A program made the position numbers and the translations under genes. DNA of 62,043 nt, the filler included, from Choristocarpus tenellus KU-1152 (taxonomy: Eukaryota > Protista > Phaeophyceae): the NCBI GenBank assembly GCA_964200185.2. It is 10 parts of 10 records of this genome, joined end to end, with 100 filler letters (N's around TTAATTAATTAA, not from the genome) between each part and the next. Parts side by side here need not be neighbours in the genome. Positions count along the whole stretch, not along the records: positions 1 to 5,819 come from CAXNAD020009678.1; positions 5,920 to 11,290 come from CAXNAD020011005.1; positions 11,391 to 18,638 come from CAXNAD020006468.1; 7 more parts are not named here. One strand, given 5' to 3'. Position 1 is the stretch's first letter. Every line of letters starts with the position of its first letter. The notes under the pieces were generated by a model. It searched no databases. It saw only the letters and a program-made list of their open reading frames with translations, and was not told the DNA's origin. Of the stretch, positions 1 through 12,899 are shown in pieces.

Positions 1-158
1 GGGGGGTCTACACCAGGGTGTCCATTTGGACCATGACCAGGAAAATTGCACTTACATTATCCATCCGGCATATGCAATCAAATCACCCAAGAATCGTGAC
101 ATGGAAAAATGGGCCCCAAATGGACAGCCGCCACCCCCCTCACCCAGATACTTTGAGC
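1..158. mobile_element. MITE family E (Tourist-like), truncated by the contig start
   Basis: Aligns with 29341-29511 and ends in CCCAGATACTTTGAG. Related termini at 5787-5819, 22304-22401 and 36887-36912. Confidence 0.7.
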
Positions 159-309
159 CTGCAGATCTCCCTGTTGTTACTACATGGAACATCATCGTGG
201 GATCAGTGGCTTAGGTGGCAGCAACCTGCACGAATTTGGTGGGTTTGAACCATTTTGACGCCAGACTTCTATTCACAGAAATCTGGTTTGATGGTGCTAT
301 TCCATTAGA

Positions 310-630
310 ATCCAGACCAAGATCAAGGTGGAACTTCGGGGCGGGACCATCAGAAGATTCGAGGAAGGAGAAGTAGTAAGGAGTGGCGGGGGTGCTGAGC
401 CCGACCCCCGAAAAGCAAGGCAGGAACCGAAGCAGTACAATTAGCCGTAGTGTAACAGTTACTATATGGAGTATTCAGTAGTTTGTATGAGAAGTAGTCC
501 AGAGTGTAATGCCTCTGACCACTGGTTGGGATTATCTCCGACTATTGTGTTGCGAAAATAGAAAATATATATATATATCGATGACAATGATAATTAAAAA
601 TGATTGCTGCTCATTGATTGCAGATCAGCA
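310..630 (+). mobile_element. LTR retrotransposon 3' end: purine-rich tract followed by a ~238-bp LTR (393-630)
   Basis: Purine-rich run ending GGCGGGGG, then TGCTGA...TCAGCA inverted termini. A diverged second copy lies at ~9940-10267. Confidence 0.55.
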
Positions 631-1631
631 ATCAGTTCCCAGTGTACTCTACACGCTGGATCTCCACCTGTTGATCCCTTCACCCTTTAAGCCTCACAGC
701 AAAAAGTGATACATGAAAGGGGAAGATCATGGTGAGGAACGTGGGACCCACTCATCAACTCATCAATACTCATCTGCAAAAGAAATGTTATTTAATTCGG
801 ACTACCTCATTTAGTTCGGCTCTATATTCTATAGTAGTAGCACTTTTCAATTTTCATTTCCATGTCCATTTTTATCACCTAAAACGCGGCTACAAAAATA
901 TTATACTCCTTCAATACTAAATGATTTTTCACAGGACCGCTGCAGGGTAATTAGATAATTAATCTAAAACTGACTGAACCCTGGACTAGCCTGGATGAAA
1001 CATATCAGACTAGGTAGGGTAGGAGCCAACAAGATTATAAACCGGACCAGGCCATGGACTGGCTTGTTGTCCCAGTCTGGCTAGTTGATCCAGTTAACTG
1101 CTGGTTCGATGAAAAACACTGGTAAGAATAAGGAAACAACAGCGACAACAATATCATTTTTACAAAAACAATCATAATAACGATAACGTAGTAACTCTAG
1201 TCCAGGTTTCATTATCAGGTGGTGTATCAAGATAAGGTTTTTCCCCACGGTATACAAGTAAGGTTTATTTGAGGTGCTACTACTGAGTGAGGAGATTGAC
1301 TGCAGGTACTGAATTGTGTCATCAAATATCAGTCACAATTCCCTACCAAGCTTGTCTTTGGGGGGTTAGGAATTGAGAAGGAGATTCATCCAGTGAGTGG
1401 TGGAGCATTTATATCCAGGCAGGCATGGTAGATGGTTAAGGAAAGCGTGGAGGTGTCAACACGTTGATGCACAACATCGCCCCAGCCAATCACTATGACA
1501 AAAAAAAAGCACCAAGAATGAGGCTAGCTCACTTGTTTGCTGCGGCATTAGATAGGCAATTATAAATTGTGATGATTGAAGTATGTACCTGTGATCCACT
1601 GTACAATACGGATATTTTTCAAAGAGCCAAA

Positions 1632-1888
1632 GAGCCAAACCAGTTGAGAGGTAGCCAGCTTTGGACCCCTTTTGCAGTCTAAGCCATCTTTCTTACCCTG
1701 TTGTGCAATACACTCCATTCCATTGCTTCATGCACACAATAGTGTACATAAAATTGATGTTCCCCCTTCCACACACAAGGTGATAACAATTAAGCAAAGG
1801 CTCCTACAATTGTAGAAGATGGCGTATTTTTGCTTGTTCTGAGGATTCTTAAAATGCAACACTGCATACCTATCAATTGGTTTGTCTC
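1632..1888. mobile_element. MITE family C
   Basis: Imperfect TIR GAGCCAAACCAGTTGAGAGGTA / TACCTATCAATTGGTTTGTCTC with AAA TSD. Partial copy at ~6203-6380. Confidence 0.7.
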
Positions 1889-2083
1889 AAATCAGACCTG
1901 AACTTTGAAATATCAGGCACTGAATTTTTCAAAAAAAGAGGAATTTGATCATTTTTATTTTATTTCTAGCGTAGCACCATATACACGAGCATTTTCTTTG
2001 AAGTTTTTTTTTTTTTCGGTCAATATCCTGGGGCAATAAGTTAAACAAATAAGGCTTGTTCTGACAAGTAATACTTGTCGCAT

Positions 2084-2342
2084 GAGTGAAAGTATCTTAG
2101 AGGGTACGAGTTTTTCCCTGTTTGTCCATTTGGGGTTTGACTTTCCACGGGTTTTTAGTGACATTTTAACTACTCCAAAATGTTTCGGAATATGAAAAAA
2201 TGTACACGTTATGAAAAGGTGTGTCCGGAACAAGGATATTGACATCTCCTAACAAACATGATAGCCAAATTACATCAAAATTGCAACATTGGATTTTGTC
2301 CCCCAAATGGACGCGGCGCTAACCTTTAAGGTACTTTGACAC
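2084..2342. mobile_element. MITE family A (~258 bp, Tourist/PIF-Harbinger-like)
   Basis: TIR GAGT(G/C)AAAGTATCTTAGAGGGTA with CAT TSD. Six copies in the window. Confidence 0.85.
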
Positions 2343-2375
2343 CATAGGTATTACGAATCCCTATTTTACCTACTA

Positions 2376-3952
2376 CACCCTCCGCTCGGAATCTAAATGT
2401 AACATAACTTTTGCAGCCCTGGTGAAGAAGCAAGATTGTCTTTCACATATTCATATTTTATGGGTGTGTGGTACAGACACTAAAAGGTTGCCCACCAAAA
2501 TCTCAAGAAAAATGAGGCAGCCTATACTCATCTATGATTCCGCCCCCAAAGCCCTACGGTACTCCATTCCAGTGTGGTATTTCGCTGCATCCGCTGGGGG
2601 ATTCAGGGGGAGCTTGCCCACATTCTCAGTCTTTTCCTTGCTAAGATGGGGAATTTTGAAGACGATATCACCCCTGGACCCCAGCACTTCACTGTGTAGA
2701 CAGTGAAGAGGCTCTGCCAGACGCACTCTAGTGTCTCCCAAGGGTACATATCGAACGCCTCCATTGTGGCCTCCACGAGCTCCTCTTTGTTGGTCACACT
2801 CACGCCTTCCTTTAGTTGCTGGATGGAATGAATGAATCCCAGGTTATCGACGTTGAGGTCAGGAGAGTTGGATGGCTGGGTCTCTATGACATTGTCGTCC
2901 CCCGCTGCCTCCTCAGTTGCCTCCATGATCCCCCCCTTCATTTGTGGCTTTGCTATGTCCTGCTGCACGGAGATGGGATGTCCTTCCGGCCTAAGCATGC
3001 AGTCCTTGATTTCTCCAATGATATCCTTGATCATGAGCTTCTTCTAACTCTACCCATCCACTGTGGCTCGCTTGGGTTGGTGTTTGCTGGAGTGCTGAGC
3101 AACCATAGAGTCCACTTTTGACCAGATCCCGAATTTCCCATTGAACCACACCCTATTGGAGAGCTTCCTGGGGTGGGCCACAGCTGCAAGGAATATCGCC
3201 TTTGTAATGTAACACTTATTCTGTGCCCATGGAGGGTTGGGGGGTCCTCAGTGGGGTGGAGGTATACACCTTGCCCATCATTGAGGATGTAAAACCACAT
3301 ATCGTCCACATGCACCCACTCATACATATTGTCTACTAATACTACCCATTTGCGGAAGGATATGAGGTGTACCCCAAACGTCAAGGATGCTTGTACAGCA
3401 GTCACACTGCCCCTTGTGATGTCATACAAGGTCCATGCACTCACCCAGTGCAATCTGACTGCCATACTCCTTCAGATGACGAAACACAGTGATTCGGGAA
3501 ATTCCGAAGTCCTCCACGATGCCCACCACTGTCCCCTGACACATCTAAGTCTAGCACCGTCTCGGCTCCAGGCATGCATCGCGTAACCATGCTGTTCTTC
3601 GTCGGGGTGTTTACATCTGGACCCTGAACAGACTTATGGGCCGAAGATTTGGGACCAACGGGCAACGATGGGATGAGCGAGCCACTCAAACGACGGGGGG
3701 GCTTCATCCTAGGCATCCCAATAAACATCCACTTTCACAGTTTCACGAAGTTTTTCAACCCTGTCAAATGCGATTTGGTCGACTTTACATTGGTGATCCT
3801 CCCCAGTCATGACAGCCCACCACCTCAAACTTCGCACGCCTCCCAATTTATATCAGAACAAAGCCTCGTACAGAGGGCTTATGACGTGGGTCGTTCCCAG
3901 GTGAGAACAGAGCTTCCAAAGGTATGTTACATTTAATTCTGAACAGAGGAAG
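2376..3952 (-). mobile_element. Full-length decayed Tc1/mariner element of the plant-type (DD39D, Stowaway-related) class
   Basis: Imperfect TIRs CACCCTCCGCTCGGAATCTAAATGTAACATA and (reverse complement) CTTCCTCTGTTCAGAATTAAATGTAACATA, with TA on both sides. Confidence 0.88.
2500..3500 (-). pseudogene. Mariner transposase pseudogene (frameshifted)
   Basis: Motifs WVHVDDMWFY, VQQDIAKPQ and QPSNSPDLNVDNLGF match the canonical HVDEKWFY, QQDNAxPH and QPPNSPDLNxLDLGFF, and are split over frames. Confidence 0.88.
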
Positions 3953-5819
3953 TAGTACTACATAATACCTATTACTAAACAATACTAAAATAGTTGTGCT
4001 AATAGTGAAGGTTTCGTGCCAGTGACACTTCTTGCTCGAAGCGATGGAGATGGTGTTTGTGTGGGACGTACTTATGGTTAGGAGGGGTGATGGTTGTGGT
4101 TTGGTCGTAATACGCTGGAAAGAAGGAGAAGGATGTTTTGTCCCCAAGGGGACTACAGAAATTGGAAGGGTCCGTTAGAACGCCTTCACAGGATTGGAGT
4201 AGTTTTCAACTAGCAATCACCACGCATCAGCATAAGCTTCACGCACTATGGTATTGCCCCAAGCGCAAAGATACTTACACTAATCGTCTGAATCTTGTCT
4301 ATAACCAATTCTTTAATTTACCCACACAATATTGTAATGTATTTCAATAGTTTTGTACCTACTATGTTAGTGAATGAGATTGAAATGTAGACGTACTACT
4401 ACAAAAATAATGGTTATCGATGAAGCTATACTTTTGTCTATCTTTTGCAACTCGTGAGTCCTTTTCACCTTTCGATCAAATAATCCCTGGAGCATCCCAC
4501 TACAGAAGTGAAATCGTGGGGCTAACCCCGAGACGATGTTGGAAACCTATAGACCTCCGCGTGACACTGATGGAACTCATCACAACAACTCGCAAAAGCA
4601 AGTCGATGAGTTTGCGCGTGTACTGAGGGCTGAAAGGGAGGTTGTATCATCGATCCCCCCTAGTGGTACATGCGACGGACAGACTCAACAGCATCCGACC
4701 TGTTGTTGTCTACATAAGATCATCGACTATGGAAAATTGCTGCGAGCAATTCGATCCATGTATTCCAACGACCAAGCAGTCCTAGTGACACCTCCCAAAA
4801 TACCCCTAGTTATTTCCCACAAGGAATCTTACATAATTTTATTATGTATGAACTACATGGAGTATATACAACTACTACCCAACACCGATGTCAACCCAGT
4901 ACGGTAGCATCAGCAATAGTGAAGCAATTAGAATCGAAGTTCACAAAGCGCGATCATCCACTACTGCATCTCACGTATTCAGTCCAAGAGGAAACCAAGT
5001 GAGAATCTACTAGATACTGCTATGGGATATGCACCTTGAAAATGCCTTTCCAATGATAGATACGATTGACCAGGAAGGTCCGGGTGGACACGCGATGTTC
5101 TGATTGTAATGTGGCTGGTTGTGGGGATTGCCTTGATTTGTTTGGTAAATTTTGCTGGAGGTCATGCATACACTTGTAGCAACCATGACCACCTGTTGAT
5201 CACAAGCCAAAGATGAGGTTACAATAAATGGTAACAAGGAAACACAAACAGGGTACAGTATCCTTATCCACCACCAGGGAAGTAGCCATGATGGAGCATT
5301 CAACAACTTAACTCCTGCCATCAGGAACGATTGCATTTTCTCCAAGGATGGATCGAGGAAAATAATGGATGCAGTTTTTTGCTGCACAATGCTAGGGGAA
5401 ACATCCCTTGCTGAGGTTGTGCTTGTTGGATTCGTACATCCCCCACATATATTAAGAATTTTCCACAACTTTTCAAAACGAATTTTGAAGACTTTTTTGG
5501 GGTTGTGAAATTTTGAACATTTTTCGACACTTTGGGGACTTCCCCCTTTCTTTTGTACACCCTTCACCTACATTTCTGCGTGGTTTTTGTCGATATATGC
5601 ACACTTTCGCCCGCACCTTTGGGTCAAGTTAGACGTCTGCTTCAAACACCGTGAGAGAGGCAGTTGGGGTAAGCAAGTCTTTTGGAAGTCATGTTATGAG
5701 TCAGTTCAATAGTACAGATACGAGCGCACTCTGTGATGTTGATGAAAAGACATGTACTGAAAAACAAATATGATGGGTGGAACTATGACCCAAAGTATCT
5801 GGGAGGGGGGGAGGGTCTA

Positions 5820-5919
5820 NNNNNNNNNNNNNNNNNNNNNNNNNNNNNNNNNNNNNNNNNNNNTTAATTAATTAANNNNNNNNNNNNNNNNNNNNNNNNN
5901 NNNNNNNNNNNNNNNNNNN
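5820..5919. other. Artificial contig spacer N44-TTAATTAATTAA-N44. Also at 11291-11390, 18639-18738, 22204-22303, 29204-29303, 32006-32105, 36787-36886, 39913-40012 and 58458-58557
   Basis: The same 100-bp N/stop-linker occurs nine times and splits the window into 10 contigs. Confidence 0.98.
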
Positions 5920-6202
5920 CTTGGTCGAGGTCGCTTCCAAATCGTAGCGGTGCCCTCCACAAGCACCGAAATATTTTTGACCAAAAATATATATGTACTT
6001 TCTGCGCAACATTCCGGGTCTTGCCCATCCTCAATAAAAGCTCCATCCTCAATTTTGATGACCGGCTGTTGTTAAGAAAAGGTGTGTCCGAACAAGGATA
6101 TTGACACTTATCAAGCATAATAGCCAAAATTACATCAAAATTGCAACATTGGATTTTGGCACCCAAATGGACGCGGCTCTACCCTCAACGATACTTTGGG
6201 TC
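5920..6202. mobile_element. MITE family A-related end with a different internal sequence (possibly a longer parent element)
   Basis: 6075-6202 aligns with the right half of 2084-2342. The upstream part differs and is cut by the contig edge. Confidence 0.65.
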
Positions 6203-7149
6203 TTTAACTGCTTTATGAGTACAATAGTGCAAGCAAAATTGATATCCCCCCTTTCCATACACAAGGTGATACCACATTTCAGGAAAGGCTCCTTCTGCAA
6301 TTGAACAAAATGGCATATTTTTGCCCTTTCCTGGGATCCTTGAAATGCAACCCTGCCTACCTCTCAATTGCTTCGACCCTTCTCGGTCTCAAACCCCTCT
6401 AGTGTTTAACCTTTCTTTCTGATCTCCTACCTCGCCTCATTCTAACTTGTTCGTTACGTTGCTCCGGTGATGGGCCTAGTACATCATGAGGTACTCAAGC
6501 TCACCATGGAAGAGTAACAGAAGATGCCTGAGGGCAAAACATATGCGACAGTAAACTTTAATTTTTTCTTGTGACTATGAAATACTAGTGGAGCTTGAAA
6601 ACGTACTTAAAAGTCTCTCTCACACATCACATTAAATTGTGTATAGTGGGTGGGTGAGAGCATGCAAATGGATAGTACCTCGAAATCTTTTTCGGCTCCA
6701 GCGGGATCCCTCACTCCTCATATGGGACTAGTTGACTTGGTTTGGGCTCTACGATATTGATCGAGTTCATCGATTTTTTTTCAACCGATTCAGTTTATTC
6801 TATTTCCTTTTGATCATTTATTAGTGCTATTTGTTGCGATTTAGTAGTGGTGGATGATCCCAACCTGTCCTCACTTCGCACTACTAACTACTTCTCATAC
6901 TAACTTCTGATTGAATAAATGTTGCACAATGACTTGTTGGGTTGTCTCCATTCTTGAGTTTCTTCTCGCTTTTCGGGTTCAGCACTCCTATCATTCACCC
7001 CTCCACCTCCTTCTCAAATCTTCTCCTGGACTCACCCTGGAGTTTTTCCATCTTCACCTTGATCTTGGTATGACATTTTTGTCATATGGCACACAAGGAT
7101 AGTACGGTAGTGGGTGCACAATGTGTTGTGCTTGCCATGTGGACTAGCA

Positions 7150-8000
7150 ACATTGAAACCAAATTTTCGTGAAAAGAAATCTGGCAACAAAAGTGCTAGA
7201 GCTAACTAAATTCAAGCAGGTCGCTGTCACCTTCACCACTGAGCCACGAGGAGATATATTCTTTTGATTCACTGCTCTAGCGAAATATTGTATGTCAATA
7301 TGTCGACACATTTGTGAAGCTGATACCTTATTATGGAATAAAAATAATCCCTGTAATTTGAGGAGACCTCCTCCACACGACTCGCAAGAAATGTACTTGC
7401 GTATGATCCATGTGCCAATACTGTAAGGTGGTAGTCGTGAACTGACCAGAATATATTGTGCTCACCACTCGCCACTCACCACATGATGATACGATATCAA
7501 CCATAAAGCATGATGTCTCCCTGGTCAACTCTGTCCTTTACTGCGGCCCAGAAGTGATACTTGATCTTGCTAAGATTAAGTCGAGGTGCGCCCCCTCACT
7601 CCGCCCTATGCCTCTGCTCTGGAGTGCAGAGCCATACTAGGGGCCCTCTTGACATGCACAAATCCCTAAGGAGGGCTGTCTTTAAAGTGCATCCTGGGTT
7701 GGGAGCAATAGGGTGTCAAGTCTCCGCCACAAAAAATGATGGCAAATTATTGTACTGAAGTCCTTCAAGGAAATAATAAAAAAGGCAACCACCAGACGCC
7801 AGCCCTCATATCACCATGGGAAGTGGGCAAAGAAGCCTTTCCTGCGACTTCGTGTCGACACAAGCTGTGCAACATGTCGAGAAGATACGTTTTTGGTACA
7901 TATTTTTCAGATGAGGATCCCAACCTGTTTGTCCTCTTCGTCAGAGATTGGACCATTAAACTGCGAGCTCGCTCCCACCTCTTGGAAAGTAAGCATAACG
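7150..8000 (-). mobile_element. Ty1/Copia RT-RNase H relic
   Basis: Degenerate translations APNPG...ALLRDL and SQMCRHIDIQYF (canonical RTKHIDIRYHF), with many stops and frameshifts. Confidence 0.6.
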
Positions 8001-8299
8001 CTTCATGGCTATTTTTATAAAGTAATAGATGAGAGTTCCAAATGGTGGTATATTCTTAATTTGACTACTACTACCTCCAAAAACACGATAGTAATTTTTC
8101 TTTTGTATATTTTTTTCTCACATTACTCACATTACATATTACACAACTATTACTTTTACAGGGGTCCTTGTGATGTTGCTTTGGCTTTTTCCCTGACATA
8201 TCTACAAAATTCCAAGGGCACAATAATATGTACTACTCAAACTATTATTGTACACTGGAAAACAACAACTTCCAACCCTGTCCAAAAGGTCACACTCTG

Positions 8300-9050
8300 G
8301 CAACCCATGATGCCAGGACCACAAGGAGGGCACAACATGAGATTACACCGCCTCCTGAACAGGATCCGGTTTGACTCTTCCCGGACGCAATTGGCCAACC
8401 TACCAGATGATGCATAAAAAAAGAGGGGGAAAATTCTTTGCTAGCCCTGGTCCACCACCAGAGCCAGTGTGGACAAGGGGCAAATGCAAAAAAAGGTTCA
8501 CCAACACACAACAATGGTGAAGCGTCTAGGTCAACTCTGCAAAGGAATGGACATCCCTTGCACTATGGAGGACAGTAGCCTACTCACAGTGCACAGGAAG
8601 TTCCGCATGGATCTGGTCTTCCATGCTGGGGCACTTTCGGACGCTGGATCAGCTCCCTACCAGGATAAGACCTCCTTGTGGATGTTACATTTGCAGAATT
8701 GCAAGCAGCCTTCCATCTACCCTACTCATCCACCAGCAATGATGTAACTGCTGCTGCAGCCGGGGGGCCAAAGCACACCTACTTGAGGGCTCTTTTGACC
8801 CTTGTAGTTTTAACATCAACACCTTTGTGGTGGAAAGTTTTGGGCGCTTCAAGCAGAGAGTTTTCTGGATGAGTTGGTTACACACGCCGTAGGAGGGATG
8901 GGAGGCTACAGCAGGAAAGGAGATTCCAAATCGCGTCTACGACAGATAGTGTCTGTCACAACACAAGTGGCTCTATCGAGACATGCCATGCGTTTTAAGC
9001 TGGGGACGCCAAGGAGATGGGCAAGGAGGGGCCTGTCAGACTCTGTACTG
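8300..9050 (+). mobile_element. Non-LTR retrotransposon 3' coding region with a restriction-like endonuclease (CRE/R2/NeSL-type RLE)
   Basis: H-x-C...H knuckle-like segment, then RMDLV...DVT...KH...FVVESFGR...LDEL...RQIVSVTTQVALSR. Frameshifted. Confidence 0.7.
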
Positions 9051-9104
9051 GTCGAGGTAAATGCGAAGCATATTACTCCTACACTGGACTCCTATTTAAC
9101 AAAA

Positions 9105-9500
9105 ATATTATTCCTTTCAACATTTTGCATATGTGTCAGGGAAAAAGTCAAAAACAATATCACAAGGATCCCAGTAAAATTAAAGGTTGTCGTAAATGTG
9201 AAATTTACCTCTCCAATATCTATTTTCTATTTGGGTATCAGCTATACTACAGCACTCCCTCAATGGTTGGTGATTACGATGATATATATGTACACTGCTG
9301 CTCTGCCTCTAACCTAGCTTAGCCCTACAAAAGTGGGCGAGGAGCTAGGGAAGCATCCCAAGAATCTGGCAGACTCCTTCTTGCTCATCTGCCTGGTGTC
9401 TCTAGCTTGAAACGCATGGCGTTTCTTGAGAGAGACACTTGTGTAGTGACAGATACTGTTTGTTGTAAGCGATGTTTCACAGCTCCTTGCCTGCAATAGC
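9105..9500 (-). mobile_element. RLE-LINE 3' end, inverted relative to 8300-9050
   Basis: Reverse complement matches the 3' coding end, the 3' UTR and the terminal CTGACACAT..AAAATGT motif. Confidence 0.65.
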
Positions 9501-9939
9501 TTTCTACCCCTCTCCCTCCTACTGCGTTTATAGCCAACTCATCTAAAAATTTCTTCTGTACTACTCCAGTATATTATATTATTATGCTCTCTGACATTTT
9601 GGACACGTGTCAAGAAAGGGGGGGAAACAGAGACCAAAACTACACGACAAGGTTTAGTACTGTTAGTCGTACACCGTAAGCGCAATTCACCGCGCGCGAC
9701 ACAGACTGAAACTTTCGGAGGCGTGTGCGCGCTGGTGATGTGCGCAATGACCTAACAATTTGTCTTAAATATTCTGCTATCAGTTGCTCACGATTAATCG
9801 GATGAGGCCGATCGCAATCAGCGCCATTCCATAATCCTATTACAGGAAATCTTGTTTTGATGAGCCAATTTCCACGTCGAGGGTGCAACAGATTGTACAC
9901 CTGTTCTAAATGTGCTGTCTGTGGATATGCCACAAAAAC

Positions 9940-10267
9940 GCCAGACCAAGACTGAGGTGGAAACTTCGAGGCAGGTCCAGAAACAAGATATGAGGGGGGA
10001 GATGGAGTAATGAGTGGTGGTAATGCTGAACCCAACGTGTGAGAAGCAGAGCAGGTACAGAGGAAGTACAATCAGTCGTAGCACAGCAGATATTCAGAAG
10101 TTATTATGAGAAGTGGTGCAATGTGTAGTGCCTCTGACCACGTGTTGGGTGTAATCCACAGACTAATGTGAAGATAATAAAATAGAAAAAAATAGTAACA
10201 AAAATTCGTGACAGGTGGTTCGTTCAAGTCCCCCAACTGATTGGTAGTTGTAGGTGCAAATCAAGTA
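9940..10267 (+). mobile_element. Second copy of the LTR retrotransposon 3' end (LTR starts TGCTGA at 10024)
   Basis: Colinear similarity to 310-630, e.g. CCAGACCAAGA...GGTGGAA and GCCTCTGACCAC. Confidence 0.55.
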
Positions 10268-10499
10268 TCATCTGGGTGGGCAAGTTACTTTTTCTCGACA
10301 ACTAATATATACATTGCATACTTCGATATGGCAGTTACACATCAGACAACCTAATATCTACACCAACACTCATAGATGGCACGCATGTGTGTGAATATTA
10401 TTGAAAAAGAGGAGAGTAGTAGTCACAGACGAGCCGTGTATTTTCATCAATCATCATGAGCTGTATGGGAAATCAATTTTTTATACATTTTCCGTCCCC

Positions 10500-11200
10500 A
10501 TATCCATGAAGTTGTTGCACATAAGCGAGTTACTCATAAGAGTACTGTTCTCTTAAGGAAGAAAGTTTCCAAGGGCATCGAAGTTCCTTCTTGCCCCTAG
10601 AAAGGGCACACACTGTGGTGACCCCCTATAAGCTGCCCCGAAGGCCTTGTCCTGATATGAGACCATGTGGTGTTGATACTAAGCATGATGTGACTGTGGT
10701 ATGAGCTCAAAGCCAACCTAAATCCCAGCAACTCGTACTAAATCTGAGAGAAATATTCAGCTGAATCCCCCTCTGCTAAATTAAAGAGCTGGGTACGAAA
10801 ATTAACGTAATTCGACCTTGGCACGACCATTGTCGAACATTCCATTGTAGAATGTCCCCTCCCATCTTGCTTTCTCACTGTCTAAGTAGTAACCCTGTCC
10901 ATGCAACCTGTTCAAATCATGGTGTATGACATGCAAGCCAATTGTTGGAGGAGGACATAGAACATGCGCAGAGAGTATGACGAGGAAAAGGATGCTGCCA
11001 TAGGAGTGAACAAGAAGGTACCAGATCGACCTCAGGCATTCTCTCAGAAAAAGGAGACATATATGGCTCAAAGGGATTCGCACATGATTGAACTTTGCAG
11101 ATGAGAAAGCTCATAGGAGCTTGGATCAAGATGTTGCCTCCCCCAAAACAACGGTGTTATGTCATCTTCCAAAGTCCAAAACCACTTGCAGTATGCATTA
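10500..11200 (-). mobile_element. Ty1/Copia RT relic (heavily decayed)
   Basis: Degenerate PY...L.YL...HV..P...HW...L.GQG pattern resembling the Copia RT C-terminal half. Confidence 0.4.
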
Positions 11201-11390
11201 CTCTCTGGACCAATTCCTTGTGTTATAAGCTCCCCCCCCCCCCCCCCCCCCCCACCCCCGTCCATCCCTCGTGTTTTAAACCTGAAAAGANNNNNNNNNN
11301 NNNNNNNNNNNNNNNNNNNNNNNNNNNNNNNNNNTTAATTAATTAANNNNNNNNNNNNNNNNNNNNNNNNNNNNNNNNNNNNNNNNNNNN

Positions 11391-11502
11391 ATTTGGTCGC
11401 ACGTGTCGGATTTGAAATGTCAGCAAAAAAAAAAGTTGTTTGACTGAAGCGGACTTCCCCCCACAACCCCCCCCCCCCCCCCCTCCCAGATACTTTGACC
11501 CA
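11391..11502. mobile_element. MITE family D, truncated by the contig start
   Basis: Aligns with the right half of 30620-30802. Confidence 0.75.
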
Positions 11503-11690
11503 ATGCAACTCGATCGACTTTGCATTGGTGATCCTCCACAGCCATGACAGTCCACCACCTCAAACTTTGCACGCCTGCGAATCTATATGAGAACTAAGCC
11601 TCATCCAGAGGGTTTATCATGTGGGTCGTTCCCGAGCAAGAACAGAGTTTGCAAAAGTTATGTTATATATAATTCCGAATGGAGGAAGTA
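11503..11690 (-). mobile_element. Terminal fragment of a second mariner copy
   Basis: Aligns with 3770-3954 including the TIR and TA. Abuts MITE D. Confidence 0.8.
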
Positions 11691-11835
11691 ATCAAAATAT
11701 TCAGGTGCTTAGCAACTTCCTTGCACTTCTTTCCTTCCTATCAAGGATTGTTGTGGAGGTTTTCCCTTCCTCAAGTGCATCTGTTTGTCAACACTTTGTA
11801 GTACACATCTTAGGAGTACCTATTTGATGGTATAA

Positions 11836-12092
11836 GAGTCAAAGTATCTTGGAGGGTAGAGCCGCGTCCGTTTGGGGGCCAAGATCCAATGTTGCGATAT
11901 TGATGTAATTTTGGCTATTATTGTGTTTGTGAGGAGATGTCAATGTCCTTGTTCTGGATACACCTTTTCATAACGTATACATTTTACCTACTCCAAAACA
12001 TTTCGGAGTAGGAAAATGCTACAAAAAACCCGTGGGAAGCCAAGCCCCAAATGGACAAAGCAAAATTCGTTCTCTCTAAGATACTTTCATTC
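11836..12092. mobile_element. MITE family A (reverse orientation)
   Basis: TIRs present, TAA TSD. Confidence 0.85.
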
Positions 12093-12899
12093 TAACCACA
12101 ACCAATCAAACACAAGAGCGTTCAATGAGGTTGAACAAAGCAGAACGTAGCAAGAGACAATTCTCGCCAACAGTAGTATCTTCAAATATTATCACTCAAC
12201 AATGATCTCATGTGAACTGAATGGTTATATTGCAGAGAGGTGCGGTGCTCTGAATAATGCACATACATCAACAATTGAAGTAAACAACAGGCGAAGGCAA
12301 AAAACGAAGAGATATCACTTCAAGGTCGTACACCAGGCATGAGTATTCCACCATGCCCAAAAAACACAAATTTAAGTACTTCTGGTGACCAACACAGCAG
12401 ACACAATCACCAAAAAGAAACGGACTTTATCTAGTCAACATCACACACACCAGGAGGTACTCGCGTAACAAACACATGCCATTGACCAAAAAAAAATCCG
12501 ACCTTGAGCACTACCAAAAGCCCAAAAAGGAGGGGGGGAGGTGTGCTGAGGGAAGCACTTAGTATCTCCTGGAACACGTTGTTACACTAACTCTAACCCT
12601 TAGTGACTCTGGTGATGGAATCCTAACGCTGTACATGCCTTAACACTGATCCCATGGATAGAGTTCCACTAGTGATCCCTGCCAGGCCTGCAGTGACTTA
12701 CTGTTCATGAGGTTAATTTCCAATCCGTGTTATGGTCCATGATTAGCGCTTGTCCAGCCATTCAGAGCAACACTAATATATTTCAGATGGTGTCATGCCC
12801 GTTGGATGTAGTGCCACTGGGATACGTCCTACCCACAGTAGAGTTGTCGATCCCCCACACAGCAGGATTGAGTGTCTATTGCGTGCACACTTCCGGGTA

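Noticed and set aside
4536-4907. LINE RT-like phrase GKLLRAIRSMYSND
   Set aside because: No flanking RT motifs (D..KAFD, QG, YADD) seen, so too short to call
5864-5875. Recurrent TTAATTAATTAA palindrome
   Set aside because: Always centred in 88 Ns: an artificial linker
7269-7475. Possible TnpB/Fanzor C-terminus (SCESCGG and a later Cys/Asp pattern)
   Set aside because: The neighbouring frame reads RHIDIQYF and upstream motifs fit Copia RT/RNase H. No RuvC motifs found
11231-11290. Long poly-C/G runs at many contig ends
   Set aside because: Homopolymers, often within MITE termini, where the assembly breaks. Not a distinct system
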